From contig CM075989.1 of assembly GCA_038087875.1 (NCBI GenBank), positions 25,050,001 through 25,110,000 on the forward strand: 60,000 nt of DNA, given 5' to 3'. This document shows positions 12,795 to 24,000 of this stretch, piece after piece. The stretch comes from Malacoraja senta (lineage: Eukaryota). The notes beneath the pieces are model-generated. The model was given only the letters and a program-made list of their open reading frames with translations, was not told the DNA's origin and did not search any database. How positions within the stretch are numbered: the stretch's first letter is position 1; each line of letters begins with the position of its first letter. The position numbers and the translations under genes were made by a program.

Positions 12795-13229
12795 CTGTGG
12801 GTGTAAGCACACACAACAGTAAACACAGAGCTACAGACAAACACAGACACTTCGTCCTGCTGCAGCCAGAAGCACCTCACCCCTCCCCGTGACAGACCCT
12901 GTCTCCCACATTTGCAGCCTGTCCCCACTCAAGTATTTATTCAGCTTGCTTCTGATAGCTGCTCCAGGTGTCCTTTCCAGTCCCAGGCTGTGCCTGCCCA
13001 ATCAAGCCCAGCCTGACCCGCTGAATTACTCCAGCATTTTCTTCGGTTATAAACTAGTATCTGCAGTTCCTTCCCACGCAATCACCACCAAGCCTGCCTC
13101 CATCGTGTCCCCTCTGGACAGAGACTCATCTGCCAGAGAAAACAACATAGAAACATAGAAGGTACACAAAAATGCTGGAGAAACTCAGCGGGTGCAGCAG
13201 CATCTATGGAGCGAAGGAAATAGGCAACG

Positions 13230-15350
13230 TTTAAAGACTGCATGGATGAACTACAAAAATTGTTCATCCCAGTTTGGCAAAAGAATAAATCAAGGAAGGT
13301 AGTGCATCCGTGGATAACAAGGGAAATCAGGGATAGTATCAAAGCAAAAGATGATGCGTACAAATTAGCCAGAAAAAGCAGCATACCAGAGGACTGGGAG
13401 AAATTCAGAGACCAGCAGAGGAGGACAAAGGGCTTAATTAGGAAAGGGAAAATAGATTATGAAAGGAAACTGGCAGGGAACATAAAAACTGACTGCAAAA
13501 GTTTTTATAGATATGTGAAGAGAAAGAGATTAGTTAAATCAAATGTAGGTCCCTTGCAGTCAGAAACAGGTGAATTGATCATGGGGAACAAGGATATGGC
13601 AGACCAATTGAATAACTACTTTGGTTCCGTCTTCACTAAGGAAGACATAAATAATCTGCCGGAAATAGCAGGGGGCCGCGGGTCAAAGGAGATGGAGGAA
13701 CTGAGTGAAATCCAGGTTAGTCGGGAAGTGGTGTTGGGTAAATTGAATGGATTAAAGGCCGATAAATCACCAGGGCCAGATAGGCTGCATCCCAGAGTAC
13801 TTAAGGAAGTAGCTCCAGAAATAGTGGATGCATTAGTGATAATTTTTCAAAACTCTTTAGATTCTGGAGTAGTTCCTGAGGATTGGAGGGTAGCAAACGT
13901 AACCCCACTTTTTAAGAAGGGAGGGAGAGAGAAAACGGGGAATTACAGACCAGTTAGTCTAACATCGGTAGTGGGGAAACTGCTAGAGTCAGTTATTAAA
14001 GATGGGATAGCAGCACATTTGGAAAGTGGTGAAATCATTGGACAAAGTCAGCATGGATTTACGAAAGGTAAATCGTGTCTGACGAATCTTATAGAATTTT
14101 TCGAGGATGTAACTAGTAGAGTGGATAGGGGAGAACCAGTGGATGTGTTGTATCTGGACTTTCAGAAGGCTTTCGACAAGGTACCACATAAGAGATTAGG
14201 ATACAAACTTAAATCACACGGTATTGGGGGTTCAGTATTGATGTGGATAGAGAACTGGCTGGCAAACAGGAAGCAAAGAGTAGGAGTGAACGGGTCCTTT
14301 TCACAATGGCAGGCAGTGACTAGTGGGGTACCACAAGGCTCAGTGCTGGGACCCCAGCTATTTACAATTTATATTAATGATCTGGACGAGGGAATTGAAA
14401 GCAACATCTCCAAGTTTGCGGATGACACTAAGCTGGGGGGCAGTGTTAGCTGTGAGGAGGATGCTAGGAGACTGCAAGGTGACTTGGATAGGCTGGGTGA
14501 GTGGGCAAATGTTTGGCAGATGCAGTATAATGTGGATAAATGTGAGGTTATCCACTTTGGTAGCAAAAACGGGAAGGCAGACTATTATCTAAATGGTGGC
14601 CGATTAGGAAATGGGGAGATGCAGCGAGACCTGGGTGTCATGGTACACCAGTCATTGAAAGTAGGCATGCAGGTGCAGCAGGCAGTGAAGAAAGCGAATG
14701 GTATGTTGGCCTTCATAGCAAGAGGATTTGAGTATAGGAGCAGTGAGGTTCTACTGCAGTTGTACAGGGTCTTGGTGAGACCACACCTGGAGTATTGCGT
14801 ACAGTTTTGGTCTCCAAATCTGAGGAAGGACATTATAGCCATAGAGGGAGTGCAGAGAAGGTTCACCAGACTGATTCCTGGGATGTCAGGACTTTCATAT
14901 GAAGAAAGACTGGATAGACTTGGCTTATACTCGCTAGAATTTAGGAGATTGAGAGGGGATCTTATAGAAACGTACAAGATTCTTATGGGGTTGGACAGGC
15001 TAGATGCAGGAAGATTGTTCCCGATGTTGGGGAAGTCCAGGACAAGGGGTCACAGCTTAAGGATAAGGGGAAAATCCTTTAAGACCGAGATGAGGAAAAA
15101 CTTTTTCACACAGAGAGTGGTGAATCTCTGGAACTCTCTGCCACAGAGGGTAGTTGAGGCCAGTTCATTGGCTATATTTAAGAGGGAATTAGATGTGGCC
15201 CTTGTGGCTAAAGGGATCAGGGGGTATGGAGAGAAGGCAGGTACGGGATACTGAGTTGGATGATCAGCCATGATCGTATTGAATGGCGGTGCAGGCTCGA
15301 AGGGCCGAATGGCCTACTCCTGCACCTAATTTCTATGTATCTATGTATGA
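13230..15350 (+). mobile_element. Young 5'-truncated CR1 (HER1-like) LINE; uninterrupted 670-aa ORF2 remnant (13242-15254) with RT domain, 3' UTR and (TCTATGTA)n-type tail
   Basis: Motifs [39 protein letters not shown] and the CR1 C-terminus; no endonuclease domain. Confidence 0.95.
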
Positions 15351-16562
15351 AACCCTTCTTCAGACATAACATAGAAAATGGGTGCAGGAGTAGGCCATTC
15401 GGCCCTTCGAGCCTGCACCGCCATTCAATATGATCATGGCTGATCATCCAACTCAGTATCCTGTACCTGCCTTACTTGGAGCGTAGAACAAAGAGCTGCA
15501 CAGCACAGGAACAGATCCTTCAGCCCACTCTGTTTGTACCAAACATGATGCCAAGTTAAACTGATCTCATCTGTCTGCACATGATCCATGTGTGCCTGTC
15601 TAAAAGCCTCTTAAAGACCACTAACGTATCTGCCTCCACCACCACCCCTGGCAATGCGTTCCAGGCCCCCACCACCCTGTGCAAAATAACGATGCGCACA
15701 TCTCCATTAAACTTTCCCCTCTCACCGTATAGCTACGCCCTCTAGTATTTTGAATGAATGAATGAATGATATCTTTTATTTCGAACGATTAAAAAAAGAA
15801 AAGAAAAGATGAAAATAAATAATAAATAAAGGAAAATTATATATATACATATATATATATACATACACACATACATACATATACATGTACATATATACAT
15901 ACATACATATACACACATACACATATACATAACATATATGTACATACATAAATTAATAAATCAAAAGCCAATTTCAACATAATACACATTAGACTCGTTC
16001 GAAAAGGAGAATGGTATTGGACATCTCCACACTGGGAAAATGGTTCTGACTGTCTACCCTATCTGTGCCTCCCATCCTTTCACATACATCTTACTCCAGG
16101 AAAACCCTCCACAGTTATATATTATAAACACAATATTCAGACCACGACAGAATAACCCCGTCTCTCCATAATCCACTCTCCATATCCTTATGTCTTCTGT
16201 ACAAATACAGGAATTAGTAGACCACTCAGCCTTAAACCTACTCCACAATTTAATCAGATTACAATCAGATTGGTTCTGATTTTATTGTAATCACAACTCC
16301 ACATTCCTAACTACCAACATTGACCTGTCACTTCTTTGCTTATGAATTTATGAAAATATCCCAAAGATTCCAAAGACTCACGAGGTTCAGAAAAAATATT
16401 TTGCCTCATCTCTGTCTTAAAGGGGCAACCCCACATTTTGTACACAGCAATCTCTAGATTCTCCCACCAGAAACACCCTCCCTGCACCCACCCTGTCACA
16501 GCCCCAATCATTTGATGTGTTTCAATCAATTCCAACTCCCTCATTATTCTGAACTCCGGCAG

Positions 16563-17085
16563 ATACAAGCCTAACCTGGCCTTGTGCCAGCCGAACCAGA
16601 GCCTGTACCAGCCGAACCAGGGCTTGTACCTGCCGAACCAGGGCTTGTACCAGCCTAACCAGGGCCTGTACCAGCCTAACCTGGCCTTGTGCCAGCAGAA
16701 CCAGGGCTGTACCTGCCGAACCAGGGCTTGTACCAGCCTAACCAGGGCCTGTACCAGCCTAACCTGGCCTTGTGCCAGCAGAACCAGCGCTTGTACCAGC
16801 CTAACCAGGGCTTGTACCAGTGTAACCTGTGCTTGTACCGGCCTTGTGCCAGCAGAACCAGGGCCTGTACCAGCCTACCCAGGGCCTGTACCAGCCTAAC
16901 CCGGCCTTGTGCCAGAACCAGGGCTTGTACCAGCCTAACCAGGGCTTGTACCAGCCTAACCAGGGCTTGTACCAGCCTAACCAGGGCTTGTACCAGCCTA
17001 ACCAGGGCTTGTACCAGCCTAACTAGGGCTTGTACCAGCCTAACCAGGGATTGTACCAGCCAAACAAGATACCAGCATAACCTGC
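16563..17085. repeat. 21-bp minisatellite (CCAGCCTAACCAGGGCTTGTA)n
   Basis: About 24 units; translates as YQPNQGL / RACTSLT repeats. Confidence 0.95.
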
Positions 17086-17889
17086 ATGATCTTTCACCGT
17101 AAGACAACCTGCCTATTCCTGCTGTTGGACCAGGGAACCGTCCCACAGTGCTCCCCGTACACTGACCCACATATCACCGTTCCCACAGTGCTCCCTTGAT
17201 ACTGACCCCCCGCCAATGTTTCACGTTCCCTGACACTATAACACTATCACAATAACTCATCTCAGCCACTGGAACCAGGACAAGCGTCCAAACGCACGTG
17301 ACCAGAAATGAAGGCATTACTCGGGCGTACCCAGTAATTTTCATGGTTCAAGACAAATACTATTGATTTTCACTCTGCACTTGTTTGCACAAAGGTAGAG
17401 ATTGAACAGTCCTTCCAACCACCAGGCCTGAGAGAGCCTTGTCTGTCTTTTAGGAAAATCTTGAGCATTAATGCAGCCTCTCGGTTATAAAACCTGCTAA
17501 TAATCCCTGTATGAGGAAGTGATTGGAGATGTATCACTCCAACTTAATGCATATAGAGACACGGATAACACACACAGATCTGCCCCAGGCTACTGTGCCT
17601 GCATCCGACGTCCCCTACACCATTGGTCTAACAACCAAAGTGTCACTTCATGCATCTATGAACATCTCAGATCTTGTCAGAGTTGGATGCAGTGTTGCCA
17701 CGTACGTCTGGCAGCAGAGGTGTTTGCTGTAAGAAGTTTGCTTCTTGAAGCCACTGCCATGGATTGGGATTTTTTACCATTTGGATACAGAAAGAATTTG
17801 AGGAGGAGTTACATTTCCGATTTTAAAACTGTAACGTCTGAAATTAACAGGAGATTCCTAAGTAGTTCATCATAAGCAAGAAAATTCTA

Positions 17890-18360
17890 GAGACACAAGG
17901 AACTGCAGATGCTGGTTTACAAAAGTAGACACAATGTGCTGGAGTAACTCAGCGGGTCAGGCAGCATCTGTGGAGAACATGGATAGGTGACGTTTCGGGT
18001 GAGACTTCTTCAGACTGATTGTGATGGGGGTGGGGAAGAAAGCTGGAAGGGAAGAGGGGCAGGACTAAGCATGGCTAATGATAGGTGGATACAGGTGAGG
18101 GAGGTATTTAAATGGACAAAGTACAGAGATGAAAAGACAAAAGGTGTGAGATAAGGATAGAAGTGGGGTGAATGGTGGAGACAGGAAGGAATGTGGGTGG
18201 CAGGGGAGGAGGAGGGGAAGGGAGAAATATGTATGGGTGAGGCACAGGGCAGGGGGGAGGGAGGAGGGAGGAAAAACAGTGAGCTCTTTATAGGTTAGTT
18301 ACCTAAAATAGGAGAATTCCATGTTCATACTTTATGTTGTAAGCTACTCAAGCAGAAGAA
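17890..18360 (-). mobile_element. Penelope-like element 3' end: decayed GIY-YIG C-terminus, pyrimidine-rich UTR and pseudo-LTR with a damaged hammerhead motif
   Basis: Minus strand reads CLSSLQHKV*TWNSP, a decayed LGSLQP..MNIEFSNF-like end, and continues into the CTGAAGA...GAAACGTC repeat. Confidence 0.7.
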
Positions 18361-18659
18361 CATCGCATAGAACTAACAACAACTGGGAGCCTGCTCTCTA
18401 TTGGAAAACCTCAGCAAGGTAGCCTCTTTTTATCAAATGTGAGTGAATGAGGAAGTTTGACAGAAATATAACACCCCAAAATTCATGTGAAACAGAGCAA
18501 GCCACAAGGAGTTCATGTGGTTGTTTAGGTTGGGCTGCCAGTTTACACACAAAGCTGTTTACTACATGACCAAAGTCTGCATAACCCTTGGTGTCAATCA
18601 GTTTTAAACTGATCATGGAAGATGTGGTCCTGAGTGTTTAAAGCCCTCGGATCATGTGG

Positions 18660-18915
18660 GACACACGCACAACGCTCTCACACACAGGCATGTCATACAT
18701 GCACACACACACGTGTATACTCATACTCAGGCATGTGCACATGTAATCACACACGCATGTGCACACATGCACTCACAGGTATGTGCACACGCTCACACAC
18801 ACGCTCACAAACACACACGCTCACAGGTATGTGCGCACGCTCACTCACAGGTATGTGCGCATGCTCACTCACAGGTGTGTGCGCACGCTCACACACTCAC
18901 GCTCACACACACACT
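18660..18915. repeat. CA-rich compound repeat with a 26-bp unit. Other simple repeats at 15838-15950, 31890-32000, 38820-38900, 49250-49415
   Basis: Direct inspection. Confidence 0.9.
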
Positions 18916-20159
18916 CTCAGCGTTGGCGGGCTTGTACAGCAGAGTGGCACCTGATGAAGGATTAACCAAACATACGGTCACCACCAGGTACCAGTGACGT
19001 TGTCTGTAGATAAACAAACTGTCCAGGTGGACTGTACGCGGACAGCGACTCTGAGGAGGAGGTGGAGCCACGGTGAACAAACACTTCGATTATGACAGCG
19101 GTTAGTTACCCATCAAGCCCAATGGGAGAGGGTCAAGCTCCCAAGAAGCAGATAGGAGGTTCACGAGGTTCAAAAGCTCGTGCAAGTTGAAGGAAGGGCT
19201 GGGCCAGATGGGATGTTGGTTCAGCTTTGTGTGTTTGGGTTCGATAAAGAGAGAGAGAGAAACAAACTGGAAGCACAAGTTGCCACTCCAGTGAAAACCA
19301 TCAGTTTATTGACAAGGCTTAGGAATTCTGTTTTATAATCATAATATTGTGCGAATATTATAATTCATGTTCACTTCAGAAACTCTTCAATGTTAATAAG
19401 CAAGTCTAAAATACAAGCTTAGTTTGGAGATACAGCATGAAAACAGACCCTTCGACCCACCGAGTCCATGCCGACCATCGATCACCCATTCACATTAGTT
19501 CTATGTTTTCCCACTTTCTCATCCACTCCCTACACACTAGGGGCAATTAGGGGCGGCACGGTGGCGCAGCAGGTTGAGTTGCTGCTTCGCAGCGCCAGAG
19601 TCCCAGGTTTGATCCTGACCACGGGTGCTGTCTGTGTGGAATTTGCAGGTTCTCCCTGTGACTTCCGGGTGCTCCAGTATCCTTCCACATTCCAAAAACA
19701 TGTGGGTTTGTAGATTAATTGGCCGTCTATAAATTGGCCCATGTGTAACGGGATAACTAGTATGAACGGATGATCAATGGTCAGTGAGGACCCGATGGGC
19801 CGAAGGGCCTGTTTCCACGCTGCATCTCTAAACTATACTAAATTCCTCCTCTGTGCTAGTTTCCCGGAACCCTCAATACCCAGATCTTACAAACATTTAA
19901 TTACTTCCTCTTTAAATACCCCAATGATCTTGCCATCACGACCTGCTGGGGTGAAAGGGTTCAAAACTAAATCAAGGCCTGCTCTCTGGGAGTGAACAGC
20001 ATTTCACAAGGTCTGGAATGAAACCAGGAACTGGTGGCCTAGTCCTGTTGGATGTCGTCACACCCTTGGTGTAACTGTCCATATCTGATTTGATATTCTC
20101 ATTCCCATTGCAAGAGAAACAGTTCATTAATGGCAGAGTCCTGGCGTACACTAGCTGCC

Positions 20160-20313
20160 GTTTCGCTCGTTCTGCCAGAGCCGGCTGGGTCTCCCGGTTG
20201 CCAACCATTTCAACTCCCCTTCCCATTCCCACACTGACCTTCCTGTTCTGGGCCTCCTCCATTGCCAGAGTGAGTTCACACACAAACTGGAGGAACAACA
20301 CCTCATATTTCAC
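20160..20313 (+). mobile_element. Penelope-like GIY-YIG endonuclease fragment
   Basis: LPVANHFNSPSHSHTDLPVLGLLHCQSEFTHKLEEQHLIF from 20191; similar fragment at about 5370-5530 on the - strand (KLEEQHHVLCLGSLQP). Confidence 0.75.
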
Positions 20314-20365
20314 ATGATATTCTTATTAATCAAACTCTCCAGCATTAGACAAGTAAAAGATTTAC

Positions 20366-20538
20366 CTTTCAAAGAAATATCGGGCCACTATAAGGAGCAG
20401 GGCGTAGATGACGGTGACGTATAAATGAGAGACCGTTGCATATTCATAGCCATCTGTGTCCTGCAGATCGGCCCACGTCACATTCCGGGGAAGCCACAGG
20501 TGATCCCACCAAAACCAGTTGCTCAAAGTCTGCAACAT
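20366..20538 (-). CDS. CERS3: Ceramide synthase, coding exon 1 of 10 (MLQTLSNWFWWDHLWLPRNVTWADLQDTDGYEYATVSHLYVTVIYALLLIVARYFFE-R)
   Basis: ATG at 20538 preceded by a TTTCCAG acceptor; AG|GTAAAT donor; typical CERS2/3 N-terminus. All 10 exons splice in frame to 1116 nt (371 aa). CERS3 identity rests on synteny with LINS1/ASB7. Confidence 0.9.
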
Positions 20539-20953
20539 CCTCCTGGAAACAAGTCAACAACTAATCAAATACACATTTTTAAATTGTACACGATATCCTT
20601 ATGAGTTGAATTGAGTGAGTTTAGTTTATTCGGCCCATCAAGTCTACTTTGCCATTCAATCATGGCCGATCTATCTTTCCCTCTCAACCACATTCTCCTG
20701 CCTTCTCCCCATAACCTAACACCTTTACTAATCCAGAATCTACAGTATCTACCTCTGCCTTAATAATATCCATTGACTTGGCCTCCACATCCTACCACAT
20801 GTACCTAACCCTAACCCTAAAGCTTTTGTCACATGAAACCAAGCCTTATGTTTGTTTCAGACTCATCCACCAGTCTTCACTGATGACATCATAACACCCG
20901 GTCAGGAGAGAATCCCCCCTCCCCCCAACCCCCGCCCCCACCGGACTAGGACT

Positions 20954-21208
20954 AGGCAGCATCTGTGGAGAACATGGATAGGTGACGTTTCACAGAGTGC
21001 TGGAGTAACTCAGCGGGTCAGGCAGCATCTGTGGAGAACATGGATAGGTGACGTTTCACAGAGTGCTGGAGTAACTCAGCGGGTCAGGCAGCATCTGTGG
21101 AGAACATGGATAGGTGACGTTTCACAGAGTGCTGGAGTAACTCAGCGGGTCAGGCAGCATCTGTGGAGAACATGGATTGGTGATGTTTCACAGAGTGCTG
21201 GAGTAACT
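20954..21208. repeat. 66-bp tandem array (about 3.9 units) of a Penelope pseudo-LTR segment
   Basis: GGCAGCATCTGTGGAG recurs at 20955, 21021, 21087 and 21153. Confidence 0.95.
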
Positions 21209-21693
21209 AAGAAGGAGAATGGTGGGATATGGACATATACAGGCAGATGAGATCTGTTAAACTTGTCATCGTGTTCAGCAGGAACGTTGTAGGCCAAGGA
21301 ACCGCTCACATGTACTGATCTATGTTCCATGTTCTAAAATGCTGTAAATACTCAGCAAGCCAGTCAGCGTCTGACCAGAAGTGTTCACTTTGTTTCTCTT
21401 TCCACAGATGCTGTGGTGAATAGCACTGAATGAAAACACTTCCAGAATGGTAAAGCACTAAATAAAATACTTTCTTGTGCTCATGACATTCAAATTGCAA
21501 GCTCCGCGACAGGACAATAGGCCCATGTATTAGTCACTGGGTAACGATCACAACTTATTATTAATAACCTGCCAGAATTGCCCTGGGCCGGCTTCTATTA
21601 AACTGATATGGGAATATTTTATACCAGACCACACCTCACATTAAACAATTATGCAACATTCTCTGAAAGGCATTTTGTAAAGACAGAGTTATA

Positions 21694-23292
21694 CAGTGCC
21701 CTGCATAATGTTTAGGACAAAGACCCATCATTTATTTATTTCCCTCTGTACTCCACAATTTGAGATTTATAATACAAAAAAAATCACATGTGGTTAAAAA
21801 TGTATATTGACAGATTTTAATAAAAGCCATTTTTATACATTTTGGTTTCACCATGTAGAAATTACAGCAGTGTTTGTACATAGTCCCCTCATTTCAGGGC
21901 ACCAGAATGTTTGGGACACAGCAATGTCATGCAAATGACAGTAGTCATGTTTAATATTTTGTTGCATATCCTTTGCATGCAATGACTGCTTGAAGTCTGC
22001 GATTCATGGACATCAACAGTTGCTGGGTGTCTTCTCTAGTGATGCTCTGCCAGGTCTGTATTGCAGCCATCTTTAGCTTATGCTTGTTTGGAGGCTAGTC
22101 CCCTTCAGTTTTCTCTTCAGCATATAAAAGGCATGCTCAATTGGGTTCAGATCGGGTGATTGACTTGGCCACTCAAGAATTGACCATATTTTAGCTTTGA
22201 CCATTTTATTGGTTTTATTAGCTTTGATCATTTGTTGCTTAGCAGCATGTTTGGGATCATTGTCTTGCTGGAAGTGGCGGCGCTGTCGAACAGCAGCGGC
22301 TCGCCTGAAGTCCGTCTGTTTTTACTTTTTTTGTTGTTTTCTTTTGTCCTGTTTTAGTTAAATTTTAGTTTATTGGGTTGTGTATGTGTGGGGTGGGGGG
22401 GGTGAAACATGATTTTTGTCTCTTCCTTCGGGGGAATGCGACTTTTTCTTGTCGTATCCCCCTTCTCTGCCTCCGTCTGCGCTGAGGCCTAATGGCAGAG
22501 CTGCCGGCCTCCAACTCCAACTGCGAGCGACCGACCTCGAGGCTCCGGAGGCAGAGCCAGGACTTACCAGCGCGGGGCTGGCCTGCTTCGGGGCTGCGGT
22601 GGCGTTCCGGTGGTGGCGACCGAGGACACTGGTGGCGACCTGAGTCCGGAGGCTCGGCCGCGGGCCCGGTGGACGACATCGTCGGGAGCTCGCAGGTCAC
22701 AGGTGGGTGACCTGTTTTTCTGGAGCTCCCGCAACTACAGCTGCGTCCGCTGGACTGGAGGGCGGCAGCTTCGGCAGCTTCGACCACCCCGGGCCGCGGA
22801 GTTTGAACCGGCCCGTCGCGGAGCACGGATTCAGCCGCGGAACTGACTTACCATCACCCGGTGGGGTCACAACATCAGAAGCCTGGATCACCTCAGCGCA
22901 GAGGAAGAACAAAGTGGGAAGAGACAGAGACTTTAAGACTTTTGCCTCCATCACAGTGAGGAGGTGCCTGGTGAACTCACTGTGGTGGATGTTAATTTGT
23001 GTTTATTGTGTGTTTTGTTATTTATTATATGTATGACTGCAGGCAACGAAATTTCGTTCAGACCAAAAGGTCTGAATGACAAATAAAGGAATCTCTAAAT
23101 CTCTAATCTCTTGCTGTAGAATGAATCGCCGGCCAATGAGTTTTGAGGCGTTTGTTTGAACTTGAGCAGATAGGATGTGCCTCTACACTTCAGAATTCAT
23201 TATGATACTACCATCAGCAGTTGTATCATCAATGAAGATAAGTGAGCCAGTACCTTCAGCAGCCATACATGCCCAGGCCATAACACCCCCAC
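21694..23292 (-). mobile_element. Tc1/mariner transposon fragment (3' half of transposase plus one IR/DR-type terminal repeat), interrupted at 22271-23108
   Basis: TA|CAGTGCCC terminus with an inner direct repeat near 21895-21920; minus-strand translation gives [17 protein letters not shown] and [13 protein letters not shown]. Confidence 0.9.
22271..23108 (+). mobile_element. GC-rich non-autonomous retroposon with Rex-like 3' tail
   Basis: 8-bp TSD TCTTGCTG (22263-22270, 23109-23116); ends in AATAAA and short simple repeats; near-identical partial copy at 47432-47927. Confidence 0.8.
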
Positions 23293-24000
23293 ACACAGCA
23301 CCTGAAGTGAGGGTCAAAGGTGCTGTGAGGCGGCAGTTCTACCTGCTGTGCCACGTCTGCCCACACTGGTTTGGAAATTTATATTGCTCATGAGAGTACT
23401 GCCATAATCAATGGGTGTTCCTTGTGACAGTGCCGCTCTGTGACACCCACCCCAGCAGGTGGGGCCCACAGCAGGCAAGGGGCTCGGTCCCAGCAGGCAG
23501 GGGGCCCTCTGTAGCCATCATTACTTGGAACATTTACTAACAATGGGAAGATCTCAGAGGAAGTCCAGTTTGATAAAGTGCTGCGGAATACTGAGGCAGA
23601 CATGGACTAGCTGCTTTGAGTTGCAGGTATGGAGACCTGGGGACAAGCTGCCACGATGTGTTGGTACAACAGAGCTCAAGTCCTGACTCTTACAAAAGGA
23701 GGATGGACAAAAAGATCTGCTGATGCTGCAAACGTGAGCAAAACTCAAAGTGCTGGAGGAAGTCAGCTGGTCAGGCAGCATCGGGGTCGGGATCTTTCTT
23801 CAGTGATAGGGGGTGAGACAAAGCCTGGCAAGTGATAGGTGGATATAGGTGAAGGGAGTTTAAGTGACAGATGGATGGAGTAAGTGACAAATGTTTGAGG
23901 TGAAGGAGAGATGCACATATATGTGGTAAAAAACTGAACAGATGGAGATTTACAGTAAGCAATGCTTAGGGAAGTCTAAGATATAATATCAGGAATATTA

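Noticed and set aside
16582..17170. YQPNQGL heptad ORFs resembling a CTD-like protein
   Set aside because: By-product of a 21-bp minisatellite with frameshifts between units.
20804..20820. About three (CCCTAA) telomeric units
   Set aside because: Too short to distinguish from chance or slippage.
20954..21208. CRISPR-like regular array
   Set aside because: Eukaryotic DNA; units are contiguous with no unique spacers.
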